Below, in pieces: positions 47,155 through 57,720 of a stretch of 64,000 nucleotides of DNA. Position 1 is the stretch's first letter; each line of letters opens with the position of its first letter. The translations under genes were made by a program, and so were the position numbers. This DNA comes from Rhodospirillaceae bacterium (GTDB taxonomy: Bacteria; Pseudomonadota; Alphaproteobacteria; JAEUKQ01), in NCBI GenBank assembly GCA_016722635.1, contig JADKIX010000005.1, forward strand, positions 15,484-79,483. Reading direction: 5' to 3'. The notes under the pieces are model-generated. The model was not told the DNA's origin. It was given only the letters and a program-made list of their open reading frames with translations, and made no database searches.

Positions 47155-47703
47155 AATCATTCTCCTCATTCTGCCTTATATCGTTATATTTATGTGATAG
47201 ATTGTTGATCTCATCTGTCTGATCCATCCAACCTCACGGAAATCCTGTGATCTACCCTGTGTGTGATCTCGTTCTTCTCGTTACGATTGATTTTTATCCC
47301 TGAACCTTTAACAAAAGGTTAACAAAAAATATTTTCTTGATATGGTTTTAGGAATCATTGATAGGTGCCGTTGGTGCCATAGCTTTCAGGTTATCCAACC
47401 GAAGGTTTTTTTTAAGGGGAATGGCCCTTAACAACCGTGATCGCCATCGGTCACCAAAATACCGACCGATCTATCATCAGATAAGTTTTCCTAAAATATC
47501 CCAAACCCTAGTTTTATGGGTATGTTATAATTGAGCGCGATTGAAAGGATTGGTGCAAAAATACAACAATTATCCCCAATCATGTCTATCATGCTAAAAA
47601 ACATTAGACCGAATATGATGAATCAGCTACAAGGGGTAAGATTTACTATTAAATTACTTAATAACTGACTCATATCTTAATGAATAAATCTTAAGGAATA
47701 ATC

Positions 47704-49785
47704 ATGGAAATTTTAAGAAAAGATTTGAAAAAGATGCTGCTGCAAAGTGGCTGTGCCATTGCTTTGCTGGCGGGTGTGGTGGGGTCTGCGAATGCCCAAT
47801 TGGCAGGTTCCTTAGGCGTTGGCGCCACCGGTATTACCAATGGCGGCGGCTTCGGCATGAATGCGAATGCCTGGGTCCCTTTCATGGGCTTTGGCGCTTA
47901 TTTGGAGGGCGGTTTCCAAGATGGCAACCCTTACGGTGACGTTGGTTTGGGTGGCAGGTTTATGGTTGGTGGCAACATCGGCCTGGGTGGCTTGGTATCT
48001 TTCGCCATGCAAAAGGGTGATGGAAGCGACAAGATGTTCTATGCCATAAAACCCACTTTCGAAGTTGGCTTTGGTGGCTTGACCTTTAGCTCCACCTTGC
48101 AAATCCCGGTTGGCAAAAAAGAACGGAATGTTAAAAACTCCGGCTCCGCCCAAGGGGAATTGCTTAACCAACCTGGCAATACCAATTGTAGTGCTCCTCC
48201 CATGGGTACGGTTAGCCGCGTTTGTAATTTATGGTTAGTTGGCCGTGAGCAAAGTGTTGAGGAAAACAGTTTTGGGGTTAATTTGAATGCCCAATATGAA
48301 TTGAATTTAGGCGGCTTTGCCGTGACCCCGAATGTTGGGGTGTATGTGTATGACCGTCAGGGTAAAAACCTGGTTGGGGTGCAGGGCGGCGTGAAAGTTG
48401 GCCTTGCCCTTGGCAATGGTTTGGCAATTGAAGGCGGCATTGGTTTCCGCCATGACAACAAAAACCAGAACTATGACAACAACAACCGTACCCAAGCGAT
48501 CTTTAGCGCCGGGTTAACCTGGCATTTTGGGGGCAATGCCGCCAGTGCTAGTACTAACTTCGTGGATCGTCCGTTCAGCCGTTCGGTGTTTGACCGCGGC
48601 ATCCATACCCAAGAAAAACTGGGCAATTCTTTTGTTGAACGCGCCCGTTTACAAGACAGCAACAGCAATGCCCCGATTGACCAGGTTGAGTTTGTGGATA
48701 GCACCGTTATGAACCCCTGGAATAAGATTGGCAATTTGGGTCCAAACCGGATGATTATCGTTCAAGGTGGGGTTAATTTTGGCAACAACACCTCCAACAT
48801 TGACAGTAGCAATGTCTATATTATTGGTGGTGACTCCAATGTTGGCTTAGTGGGCATGAATGGACATACCGGCACTTTCCATACCCCCGGCACCCGCCCC
48901 ACCATTACCGCGGGTAACGTTGCGGCTGTATTTAACATCAACAACCGTAGCAATGTCATCTTCAAAGGCTTTGATATCACCGGCACCGCCTTCACTACCC
49001 GTCACTTCCACTTTGAAAACAATGCCCATTATGGCATGGTGGATGATGTGTCGGTGACCAACGGTAACACGCATGTTGCCGAGATTACTTCTTCGGATAA
49101 TGTTCGCCTCAACAATGTTCGCGGAACCAATATTGGACAGGCTGGTGTTAGTAACATTGCTGTTAACAACAGTATGAGTACCAGCATTACCAATCTGACC
49201 CTCCGTCAATTGGCCAACAACAGTTTCGGTGTTACATTCACTAACAGCCGCTACAGTACGATCAGTGGCTTTGACATTGATGATAACGATAATAACTATG
49301 ACACCGCTATTAGAGTTCTGGGCACATCTGATCATGTGAAGATTGAACATGGGTCCATCAGCAACTTTGATGTCCATGGGATCGTGATCGATGGGGCTGG
49401 CGCTAGCTTTGCCAGCGTAGATGATGTCACCATTAAGGCGCACGCAACCGCCACCAATGGTCATGGCATTTTCTTGATGAATGGCCCGGATGATGTCAGT
49501 CTGACCAACATCACGGCCACTGGCCGTGGGGCTGCTAATTTCCGGGCCTTGCAGGTTGACAATGGTTCCTTGAGGCTTAGCGTCGGCAACTTCCATGCCG
49601 AAAATTGGGAGCGTGGTTTTGGTTTAACCGCTGCTAATACTACTGTCATTGACCTCAGCGGCAATACTTTCAACCCAGGGGCAGCAGGACTAACAGCTTG
49701 CGATAACACCAATGATATCGATGCCATGAGCGGCAGTTTGAATGTCACCACCACCACCACCGGTGTTGGAACGCCTTGCCGTTAA
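47704..49785 (+). CDS. Inverse-autotransporter-like surface protein 2
   Basis: 693 aa with the same N-terminal domain (GGRFMVGG, CSAPP..VCNL, TPNVGVYVYDRQGKNLVG, GLTWHFGG). The C-terminus has beta-helix-like repeats and ends C...C. Confidence 0.5.
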   Translation: MEILRKDLKKMLLQSGCAIALLAGVVGSANAQLAGSLGVGATGITNGGGFGMNANAWVPFMGFGAYLEGGFQDGNPYGDVGLGGRFMVGGNIGLGGLVSFAMQKGDGSDKMFYAIKPTFEVGFGGLTFSSTLQIPVGKKERNVKNSGSAQGELLNQPGNTNCSAPPMGTVSRVCNLWLVGREQSVEENSFGVNLNAQYELNLGGFAVTPNVGVYVYDRQGKNLVGVQGGVKVGLALGNGLAIEGGIGFRHDNKNQNYDNNNRTQAIFSAGLTWHFGGNAASASTNFVDRPFSRSVFDRGIHTQEKLGNSFVERARLQDSNSNAPIDQVEFVDSTVMNPWNKIGNLGPNRMIIVQGGVNFGNNTSNIDSSNVYIIGGDSNVGLVGMNGHTGTFHTPGTRPTITAGNVAAVFNINNRSNVIFKGFDITGTAFTTRHFHFENNAHYGMVDDVSVTNGNTHVAEITSSDNVRLNNVRGTNIGQAGVSNIAVNNSMSTSITNLTLRQLANNSFGVTFTNSRYSTISGFDIDDNDNNYDTAIRVLGTSDHVKIEHGSISNFDVHGIVIDGAGASFASVDDVTIKAHATATNGHGIFLMNGPDDVSLTNITATGRGAANFRALQVDNGSLRLSVGNFHAENWERGFGLTAANTTVIDLSGNTFNPGAAGLTACDNTNDIDAMSGSLNVTTTTTGVGTPCR

Positions 49786-49806
49786 TTACCATATCTTGAT
49801 AACCGG

Positions 49807-49837
49807 AAAAGGGGGGAAGGCAACTTCCCCCTTTTTT
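49807..49837 (+). terminator. Rho-independent terminator (GNRA-type loop)
   Basis: GGGGGAAG-gcaa-CTTCCCCC followed by TTTTTT. It is identical to the element at 52155-52182. Confidence 0.8.
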
Positions 49838-50114
49838 ATGGTAGAACAGGATTTAACCCCCACCAAACCAATGCTCTCATTTTAACAAGGCCTTATATTT
49901 ATTGATGTTCCTATGGCCTTATCAAGCAAACTTGCGTCATTTTTTGCCCATTGACTGCCGTTCCGTTATGGTCATATTCTTTAAAAAATAAACCCCTGCC
50001 CTCAAAAAACCTACCATCATGAATTATTTTCCTCAACCATTAAAAACTATTGGACAATTCCCAAAAAAAATTAATACTTATCACACACAAATCATCACAC
50101 ATAGGAAAGTTCAC

Positions 50115-52133
50115 ATGTTGCAATTCAAGAAATTTTTATCTTATAGCGGTTGTACGGTAGCCCTTGTCAGCGGCCTGATGGGCACATCATACGCCCAGGT
50201 CGGCTCAACATTAGGGTTACAAGGGGTATCTGAAACGAGTGGCGGGGGATTTGGCTTAAATGGCTCTGCCTGGATACCGCTTGCTCATGGATTGGGAATA
50301 TTGGCTGAAGGTGGCAACCAAGATAAAAATCCCTTCGGTTCCCTAGGCCTCAGTTATCGCTTCATGGCCGGTCCGCAGTTGGGGCTTGGGATTTTCAGCA
50401 CACTGGATATCCAAGAAAGCAGCCATAAAAATACTTTTTACGGCACGACCCTGGGCTTTGAGGCTGGCTTAGGGGCCCTTACTGTACGCAGCAACTTGTA
50501 TATTCCCCTAGGCGACCACAAAAAAGAAATCAAGAATAGCGGCCATTCCGACGGCGTGTTCGTCAATCAACCTGGAACAAACACTTGTACCAATCCAAAC
50601 AATACCAACAACCGGGTTTGTGATTTGCATTTGCGCACCTATGCAAACAGCATCGAAAAAACCTATTTCCGTTTTGATGCCAGCACTGAATATGTGTTGA
50701 ATTTAGGCAAATTCCGCCTGGTACCAAGTGCTGGGATATATGTTGATGACCGCCCCGGCAAAGCTTTGGTTGGGTTTCAAGGGGAGATGGGGGTAGCTTT
50801 CAATATCACTGATAGCATGATGCTGAAAGCCAGCGGCGGATTCCGCCATGACCGCGAAGAAAAAACCCGAGGTGTTTTCAGCGTTGGGTTAAGCTGGCAG
50901 TTTGGTGGCACAATTGCCCATTCAACCCCTGCCTTTATGGCCAGCGCCCCCAAACATCTGCAACGCCGTAACCGCCCCTATGTTAGCCAAGGCAAAAGCT
51001 TCGATGAGCAAGCCATCCTGCAAGACAACACCAGCGGGATTGCTGTGCAACAGGTACAATTTGTTGATGCCAGCAATGAAGGCCTGATAATTGGCAAAAT
51101 TAATGCGATGGCCGCCAATACCATGGTAATTGTCAACGGCACCGTTCGTCTGCCTGGTAACAATCCGATCATCTTTGGCAATGACCATGTGGCCGTGGTA
51201 GGGGGTGGCGCCTCCGTGCACCTGCGCGGTGCCAGCAGTGGCCAGCAGGGAATATTTCATGTTCCCGGTGATCAGGGGCGGATTATTCAACCAGGTACCA
51301 ATGACCTCTTTAATATTTTTAACAACCGCAATAATATCATGCTGCAGGGGTTGCATCTAGACGGCAACGGCACTGCCAGATCTGCTATTTTTGCCAACAA
51401 TAATGCCGATGAGTTGCGCTTGCGCGATTTGACCATCGATAATTTGCAAGATGCTGGGATTATCATTGCAAATACCAGTGATAATGCCATTTTAAGTAAT
51501 ATAAGCATTAACCGTGGCGGCCAAGTCCGTGCCATCGCTATTGAATCAGGTTCCACCAACGCCACAGTGGAGCACATATATATCCAAAATGCAGGGGGTG
51601 ATGGTATTGGCATAGCGGGGGCCAACGGCACGGTGCTTAATGATATTCACATTGATACCGCCGGTGATGATGGGATTGATATCGCCAATTCAGCCAATGT
51701 TACAGTGACGGGGGCAGATATTCGCAATGTCGCGAATGATGGTATCGAAGTATTTGGACCAACCACGCAAACCATCACCCTGCAAGATGTCCAGGTGCAT
51801 AATTCCCAAGGGCACGGCATTCACATCCTTGCCAGCGCTGATAATGTTACCTTAAGAAATATTTTGGTGGTTGGTAATAATACGGCCATGCGACGCGGGG
51901 TGAATGTCTCACCTGGCTCAATGAACATTGCGCTTGAAAATGTGCATGCGCAAAACTGGCAAATTGGCTTTGAAATCTTTGGCACTGGCCTTAATCCAAG
52001 CTCCGTCACTGATGTAGGCGGTAACCGCTTTACCCCCGGTGCCGCCGGACAAACCGCCTGCGATGGCATGCCCGACGCTGGTGGCAGCTTGCAAATACAA
52101 GTCACGGGTAGTGGCGTTGTGACCTGTAATTAA
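50115..52133 (+). CDS. Inverse-autotransporter-like surface protein 3
   Basis: The start is at the internal Met MLQFKKFLSYSGC (SD AGGAAA). It has the same domain layout, and the beta-helix part carries DGIGIAG / DDGIDIAN / NDGIEVFG / GHGIHIL repeats. Confidence 0.5.
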   Translation: MLQFKKFLSYSGCTVALVSGLMGTSYAQVGSTLGLQGVSETSGGGFGLNGSAWIPLAHGLGILAEGGNQDKNPFGSLGLSYRFMAGPQLGLGIFSTLDIQESSHKNTFYGTTLGFEAGLGALTVRSNLYIPLGDHKKEIKNSGHSDGVFVNQPGTNTCTNPNNTNNRVCDLHLRTYANSIEKTYFRFDASTEYVLNLGKFRLVPSAGIYVDDRPGKALVGFQGEMGVAFNITDSMMLKASGGFRHDREEKTRGVFSVGLSWQFGGTIAHSTPAFMASAPKHLQRRNRPYVSQGKSFDEQAILQDNTSGIAVQQVQFVDASNEGLIIGKINAMAANTMVIVNGTVRLPGNNPIIFGNDHVAVVGGGASVHLRGASSGQQGIFHVPGDQGRIIQPGTNDLFNIFNNRNNIMLQGLHLDGNGTARSAIFANNNADELRLRDLTIDNLQDAGIIIANTSDNAILSNISINRGGQVRAIAIESGSTNATVEHIYIQNAGGDGIGIAGANGTVLNDIHIDTAGDDGIDIANSANVTVTGADIRNVANDGIEVFGPTTQTITLQDVQVHNSQGHGIHILASADNVTLRNILVVGNNTAMRRGVNVSPGSMNIALENVHAQNWQIGFEIFGTGLNPSSVTDVGGNRFTPGAAGQTACDGMPDAGGSLQIQVTGSGVVTCN

Positions 52134-52154
52134 CTAATCAATTTGGTAAGAAAA

Positions 52155-52182
52155 GGGGGGAAGGCAACTTCCCCCTTTTTTG
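52155..52182 (+). terminator. Rho-independent terminator, duplicate of 49807-49837
   Basis: The same AAAAGGGGGGAAGGCAACTTCCCCCTTTTT sequence. Confidence 0.8.
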
Positions 52183-52466
52183 TTTTCCACCTCCATCGGC
52201 TTTAGTTAGGCTGTTCTGATTCCAGCCCACCTTCAAGAATCGAAAGCCTCCCGCGTGTATCCCCACAGATGATGGAGGTGCAAGCCACAACCAAAGCCAT
52301 CGATCATTGGGTTTATTTCTTCCTATTGATACAACTTGCATCCCTTGATTCTAAAGGAAATGTTGACCCGTTGCGGCGTTGCGGGCCATACAATTTTATG
52401 ATCGCCCAACCTGCCGGAATCACTAAAAATTGGGACTCATGAACTACCCATACCAAGCTTGCCTAA

Positions 52467-52501
52467 CAAAAAAACCCCGCCACAATATTACTTGGGCGGG
52501 G
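52467..52501 (-). terminator. Rho-independent terminator
   Basis: Minus strand: CCCCGCC-13 nt-GGCGGGG followed by an 8-nt T run, about 45 nt after the stop of 52545-55085. Confidence 0.7.
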
Positions 52502-52544
52502 TTAAAGGCATCGTCGTTAAGACAATAACCGATAGCGGTTTTAG

Positions 52545-55085
52545 TTAGTTGCAACTCTCATTCGTGACCATCATCCCAACTGTTCTTTGAACCGCCAAAG
52601 TATTCGCAATATCAACGACACCATCACAGGTTTGGGTATCATTGGTGGAGGTATTGCCCGTGCTCATGGCATTAATGTTAGTTATAACCCCTGTTAGAGC
52701 ATATCCCACCCCCCAATTACTGGTCCGGATATTACGGATCGTAATATTATTGGCAGTGTTGATAATCAGCGCTGCTGTCACCCCTGTCTTCCCCTTCAAT
52801 TGCAAATCATTTAAGCTGACATTGTCGCTGCTAAATATTTCTACCCCTTGCGCGCCAGCGGTCATCGCAGATTGGTCAATCACCACCTTTTCAAGTTGTA
52901 CCCAGTCGGATGCCGTCACTTGAATACCCCCCCCCTGCCCCTGGGCATTTTCAATATTGATGTTTGAGGCTTTAGCGTTGGTAGAACCGAAGTTAAAGAA
53001 CAAGCCGGTAGCACCCGTGTTTTTAATAGTAATCCCATCCAAGACAGCACCCGTAGAGCCAAAGAAAACAATACCGTTACCACCGGTCGTGGTGGTGTCC
53101 ACCGATACTTCCTTCAGCGATGCAGTTTTAGAATTATTAAAAGAAATACCGTCGGTTGTTCCGGCAACCATAGCCTTGCCGGTGTTACTAACACCCACAT
53201 CCGCCAACTTTAGGTCGTTTGAATTGGTCACATCAATGCCCTGTCTACCCGTTCTGTCAATACGCACATTGGTAAAATGCCCATTCATGCCAGCATCCGA
53301 ATCTCTGACCCGAATCCCACTTTGTAAGGCGTCAACAATGGTGACTTTTTCTAATTGCGTTCCGGTAGAAGTGTTGATGATGTTAATACCGTGATCCTTA
53401 ACAAAGCTAATGTTAGCATTTTGCACCAGGATGTTTTTTGCATTAACCAAATCAATCCCGTTTCCGGTGATATGGGCCATGGCATCGCCACCAATAATAG
53501 TGATATTTTTTAATTGGGCATTGTCAGAATTGTTCACGAAAATGCCACGCCCCGGTGCCCGGTCAACCTGCATGCCATCAACCACGGCGTTGTGGGAGCC
53601 AGCGTTTAACTCCAAGCCCGCACTAGCGGGACCCGCATTGGTGCTTTTAACATTGGTTAGACGGGCACCCAGTGAACCGCTAAAAACATAACCGCTGCCG
53701 ACCGTATTGGCACTGGCAATGTCAAACAACTGGGCATTATTGGAGGTTGTAAAGAGAAAACTATTAATCCCGCCCCGAACATCGAGACTGCGGAAAACCA
53801 CATCATTGCGATTGGTGATAGCAAACCCATAATTCGTTACCACTGTTTGCCGAATAGTTGGTCGGGTGCCATCCATCGTAAACTGATAGGTTTTGCCGTC
53901 AACCGCCCCTTTCAGGGTCATCCCCGCACCGCCACCCATAATCAGCACATTGGATTTCATAACACTCAAGGTGTTAGCTACTTCAATCTCCCCCCTGCTG
54001 CCATCAAACACCACCACCCCATCCTGCGGTATGCCAACAAGTATATTTTGAGCATTGGCGCGGTTGTCCCGATTGACGAACTGCACCCGGGAAACCACCC
54101 TATTAGATGGGTTATCCGTTGAGATTGCCCCTTGCCTGCCGATCACCCCGCCCTCGATGACCTGCTGGCTATAGCTATGGTCCAAACGCCTTGGGGCCTG
54201 CAGCAGTTTGCGCTTTAAATAATCCGCCGTGGCCTCGCCAGCCCCGCCCCATTGATAGGTAAAGCCCAGGTTAAATAAGGCATCGGTCCCGCGGCCACCA
54301 CTGCTTTCCCGCCGCATTTTACCGCTGGCATTCAGGGTAAAATTTTCACCAAGTGGCACAATGAAATCAACCCCACCGGTAAGACCGGTCAAATTCCGCT
54401 CCCCCTTGCGGTCAAACATATATCCACCCATCGCCACTTCAATATCAATACTTTCCAAGAAGGGCAGACGGTAGCCCAGCTGGATATCCGCCCCCCAATT
54501 GTTACGTTCGCGGTCACGTCCCCAATTCTGAATGACTAAATCACAGTCACGATTGGTTTGGGTTGGATCACAAAAACCGGGGGTGGTTGGCCGGTCCACC
54601 AACGCAGGCTTGCTATAGTCCGTTCCTTTCACACTGCGGGTGGTTTTGCCAACGGGCACATACGCATTGGCACTGACCGACACCCCCCCCCACACCACTT
54701 CAACCCCTGGCACAACACCGTAAAACCAATTTTTGCCACTGCTGCGCCACGATTCACCCCGTATATTCGCCCCCAACATCATCTCGCCATATCCAGGCGT
54801 TACGCGGTATCCTGCCCCTAAGCTGAAAGTCGGGTTACTGTCTTGATATCCCACCCCAACCAATCCGTAAAACATTTGGCTTAAGCCGTCGGTGGCGAAA
54901 GGCAGCATCGCATCAGTGCTTAAACCCCAGCCACTGCCGTCGGTGGCTTTCGAACCCTGGCCGCTGACCGAACCGCCAAATTGCCCGTAAGCAACCCCAC
55001 CCATCATGGCCATCAAGGCGCCCGCACACACACTGGCCTTTAATATGTTGTTGATACCTGAGAAATTGCTTCGGTGGTTTTTCAT
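52545..55085 (-). CDS. Inverse-autotransporter-like surface protein 4 (largest)
   Basis: SD AGGAA before MKNHRS. It has the same N-terminal domain (GAGYRV, FCDP..DCDL, GGYMFDRKGERNLTG, GFTYQWGG), a very long beta-helix-like repeat region and a terminal C...C. Confidence 0.5.
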   Translation of the reverse strand: MKNHRSNFSGINNILKASVCAGALMAMMGGVAYGQFGGSVSGQGSKATDGSGWGLSTDAMLPFATDGLSQMFYGLVGVGYQDSNPTFSLGAGYRVTPGYGEMMLGANIRGESWRSSGKNWFYGVVPGVEVVWGGVSVSANAYVPVGKTTRSVKGTDYSKPALVDRPTTPGFCDPTQTNRDCDLVIQNWGRDRERNNWGADIQLGYRLPFLESIDIEVAMGGYMFDRKGERNLTGLTGGVDFIVPLGENFTLNASGKMRRESSGGRGTDALFNLGFTYQWGGAGEATADYLKRKLLQAPRRLDHSYSQQVIEGGVIGRQGAISTDNPSNRVVSRVQFVNRDNRANAQNILVGIPQDGVVVFDGSRGEIEVANTLSVMKSNVLIMGGGAGMTLKGAVDGKTYQFTMDGTRPTIRQTVVTNYGFAITNRNDVVFRSLDVRGGINSFLFTTSNNAQLFDIASANTVGSGYVFSGSLGARLTNVKSTNAGPASAGLELNAGSHNAVVDGMQVDRAPGRGIFVNNSDNAQLKNITIIGGDAMAHITGNGIDLVNAKNILVQNANISFVKDHGINIINTSTGTQLEKVTIVDALQSGIRVRDSDAGMNGHFTNVRIDRTGRQGIDVTNSNDLKLADVGVSNTGKAMVAGTTDGISFNNSKTASLKEVSVDTTTTGGNGIVFFGSTGAVLDGITIKNTGATGLFFNFGSTNAKASNINIENAQGQGGGIQVTASDWVQLEKVVIDQSAMTAGAQGVEIFSSDNVSLNDLQLKGKTGVTAALIINTANNITIRNIRTSNWGVGYALTGVITNINAMSTGNTSTNDTQTCDGVVDIANTLAVQRTVGMMVTNESCN

Positions 55086-55712
55086 TTTGATTCCTGACAT
55101 GTAAATTCACTGTTACTACTGATCTTATTTTCTGATATTTGGGGGATCCCAATTACCAGTTTAGTTGCTGCAAGCCTGGCGGATCATGTTCCCAAGACCC
55201 TTATTGCCCAAGGCACCGTCGCTATTTTTTAAAATTATATTTTTTAAAATTCATAGCTTTATTTTTTCGAATTGGTGCTTAGTTGTAGCATAATTCTGGG
55301 AAACTGGGCAAGCCCCAAAATATATAGGGATATCCCGGCCAATGCCCGGGATTTTAAGGATCGGTGGTGAGGATTGCGCGGCCTCCCTCAACCAGTCATC
55401 CCTATCTAACCGTCCCCTGTGATTGTCAACCGTTGGCAAATACGATCCCCAATCCTTATCCCTTATCCCGTCCCTCATTTCTGCACGCCCACCGGCGATA
55501 GCCCTAAAAAAATGCTTGATTGATCCGGGCAACACATCTTAAAATGATGATTAATCAAGGCAACCCCCTGGATCAACGGCTGCCAGGGGAAACAAGTTGG
55601 CCACCCTGAACAGGCCGCTGCCAATCAGGAATTTGGCCGAATGGGAATCCTGCCAAAGCCGCTGCCAAAGCCCCTGATCGCCTAAAAATAACCAAGAAAG
55701 GAGCAAGGTAAC

Positions 55713-56207
55713 ATGATCGCCCCCAAAATCCTTACCTATAAGGATTTAGACCGTTTATCCGTGTTTCTGGATAAGTGCATCAAAAATACCTATGCGGTTA
55801 GCGCCCCGCAACAAAAATCATGTCGGCTGCGATCGCATGATTACAAATTCCGGGAAGGGCCTTGGTTCTTTCATGACAGCGCACTCGGGGAGCGGGAATT
55901 CGGCGGGCAACAGATCATTTATCACGAAGCCGATCCCGTGTGGGAAATGAGCTATCATGGGGAGTTGCGGATCACCGCTGTGCCAGGGGAAAAAATTTAC
56001 GGTTTTCTAAAGCGGGCGTTGCTGCGGCGTGACTTCAAAAGGAATTTGCCCCGCGGCCCTCAATGGTTCAAGGAGCCCGGCAAAAAATGGATTTATGTCA
56101 ATAAATGCGAGGGAAAATTAGAAGAATTTAAGGGTAAGGAATATATTTATATCTCCGGGGGACTGGCCTACCTCATGCGCTATCAGGGCGGTTTGCTGTT
56201 GGAATAA
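55713..56207 (+). CDS. DUF5680-like protein
   Basis: KNTYA...FGGQQIIYHEADPVWEMSYHG...FLKRAL...LPRGP...FKGKEYIY...YQGG follows the DUF5680 pattern. Confidence 0.55.
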   Translation: MIAPKILTYKDLDRLSVFLDKCIKNTYAVSAPQQKSCRLRSHDYKFREGPWFFHDSALGEREFGGQQIIYHEADPVWEMSYHGELRITAVPGEKIYGFLKRALLRRDFKRNLPRGPQWFKEPGKKWIYVNKCEGKLEEFKGKEYIYISGGLAYLMRYQGGLLLE

Positions 56208-56317
56208 GCATGTCCGCCAAATGAACTTGTTATGTCGGGTTATTGATTGTAGCATTTAGGGGTTTTGATCCCCGCCCTCAAGGATAAAAAGCCATAAAGA
56301 ATAAAAAGGATGCGCTG

Positions 56318-56623
56318 ATGTTTGCCATTGCCCTAATCCGTTACCGCCGCCCCTTTGAGGACGTGTTACCCGTGCTTGATGATCACCGCGCTTACCTAAG
56401 GCATTTAGCGCAACAGGGTTATTTGATTGCCTCAGGCCCCTTTTCGCCGCGTTCGGGCGGGGGGCTATTGTTGCATGTGCCGGATGAAAAGCTGCAGTTG
56501 CTGGATTATATCCGTGACCACGACCCGTTCACTAAAACCAATGTGGCCCAATATGAAATATTGATGTGGCAACCCAATATCGGTTTGGAGAAGTTGCAAT
56601 CGCTATTGTCCACGGTCGTTTAA
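56318..56623 (+). CDS. YciI-family protein
   Basis: 101 aa with HRAYLRHLAQQGYLIASGPF and DPFTKTNVAQYEI. Confidence 0.65.
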   Translation: MFAIALIRYRRPFEDVLPVLDDHRAYLRHLAQQGYLIASGPFSPRSGGGLLLHVPDEKLQLLDYIRDHDPFTKTNVAQYEILMWQPNIGLEKLQSLLSTVV

Positions 56624-56802
56624 CCCGACCCTAGGCTTATAAAATCATCCTCATGACATAGGATCGCCCCAATCCTGACCCTGCGGATAAAAACTCCCAC
56701 AAAAGAAACCTCTAAAAACCATTGGCACCCCGGTCAAGCGGCTGCTATAAAGGTAGCAATGCCGGTTGGGCCGGTTATTCTGTTTTGGATCAGGAGGACG
56801 CG

Positions 56803-57267
56803 GTGATTACCCTGGTTGCCATGACTTCAGGTGAGTTTGATGCATTTTTAAAAATTTGTATCCCCCAATTCGCCGCCAATAAGGTGCGCAGCGGCAATTG
56901 GCCAGAACTAGGGGCATTCGAGCGTTCACGGCAGGAATTTGTCCAATTGCTGCCCCAGGGACTTGCCACCCCCCACCATCATTTTTTTGCCGTTATCCAA
57001 ACATCCCCGCGTGAACGGCTGGGCTGGCTGTGGCTCATGGTTGAAAAGCCAGAGGCCTTTATCTACGAAATCATCATTGACGAACCCCACCGCCGCCAAG
57101 GATATGGTGAAAAAACCATGCAATTGGCGGAAAGGGAAGCCAAACGCCTGGGGGCCACTAAAATGGGCCTGCATGTGTTTGGTTTCAATCATACCGCCCG
57201 CGCCCTTTACGAAAAGCTGGGCTATGCAATCACCAATATCAATATGAGTAAAACGCTGGATCCGTAA
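56803..57267 (+). CDS. GNAT-family N-acetyltransferase
   Basis: The GTG start is 5 nt after AGGAGG. The acetyl-CoA motif is RRQGYGEKTMQLAEREAKRLGA, followed by ARALYEKLGY. Confidence 0.75.
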   Translation: MITLVAMTSGEFDAFLKICIPQFAANKVRSGNWPELGAFERSRQEFVQLLPQGLATPHHHFFAVIQTSPRERLGWLWLMVEKPEAFIYEIIIDEPHRRQGYGEKTMQLAEREAKRLGATKMGLHVFGFNHTARALYEKLGYAITNINMSKTLDP

Positions 57268-57598
57268 CGAATTTGAAGTTAAGGAAGTATAAGCCGGTTG
57301 CGTAAGAGGCGCTGTTTTGCTAACACCGGAATGCCAAGGATAAAAGGGTTCAGGTTTGGGCGAATGACCTGAGGCTGGCCAGATCCCCCTGCCCTGGCTG
57401 AGTTTTCTGCCGGTCGCTGCATCCCGCATGGCAAGCCTTACAAAATATCATTCCTTTCCCAACTTTTCCCTTCCGGGTCTTTTATTTTATCCCATGTAGT
57501 AATCGGATGGAAATGGATGGATAATCGGATGGTCGGCGATTGTATGCTCCCTTGAACCACACCATGACCGCAATACGCTCTGGTTGCTCATATATCAC

Positions 57599-57720
57599 TC
57601 CCGTTATCTATTTTTAACAAAGTAACGAAATATAAGATTTCCGTTACGTTTTTTCTTGCAAGCATCATCCCTGTTACCTATTTACAATAAAGTAACACAA
57701 AAGTAACAATTCGTTACTTT
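57599..57720. promoter_or_regulatory. Array of GTAAC/GTTAC half-sites upstream of fic (putative operator)
   Basis: The half-sites are at 57603 (GTTAT), 57622, 57643, 57673, 57692, 57703 and 57713. There are two ~30-bp imperfect direct repeats, and a perfect AAAGTAAC-aattc-GTTACTTT abuts the SD. Confidence 0.45.

Noticed and set aside
47170-47703. The octamer TGTGATCT occurs twice, with related TGATC motifs (47200-47270), in the divergent promoter region of adhesin-like genes 1 and 2.
   Set aside because: These are short motifs in an AT-rich region. The upstream regions of the other two paralogs do not obviously share them, so I cannot support a regulatory call.
48847-49596. Long antisense ORFs lie inside the big genes. 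Examples are the 249-aa ORF at 48847-49596, the 177-aa ORF at 20236-20769, the 165-aa ORF at 39218-39715, the 184-aa ORF at 62697-63251 and the 198-aa ORF at 42010-42606.
   Set aside because: They lie fully within, and antisense or out of frame to, genes that have clear family motifs. They have low-complexity composition, lack SD sequences and are typical shadow ORFs.
55251-55535. A 94-aa minus-strand ORF lies in the gap between adhesin-like gene 4 and the DUF5680-like gene.
   Set aside because: It has no SD, no motif, a biased Arg/Asp/Gly composition and an alternative start codon. The evidence is insufficient.
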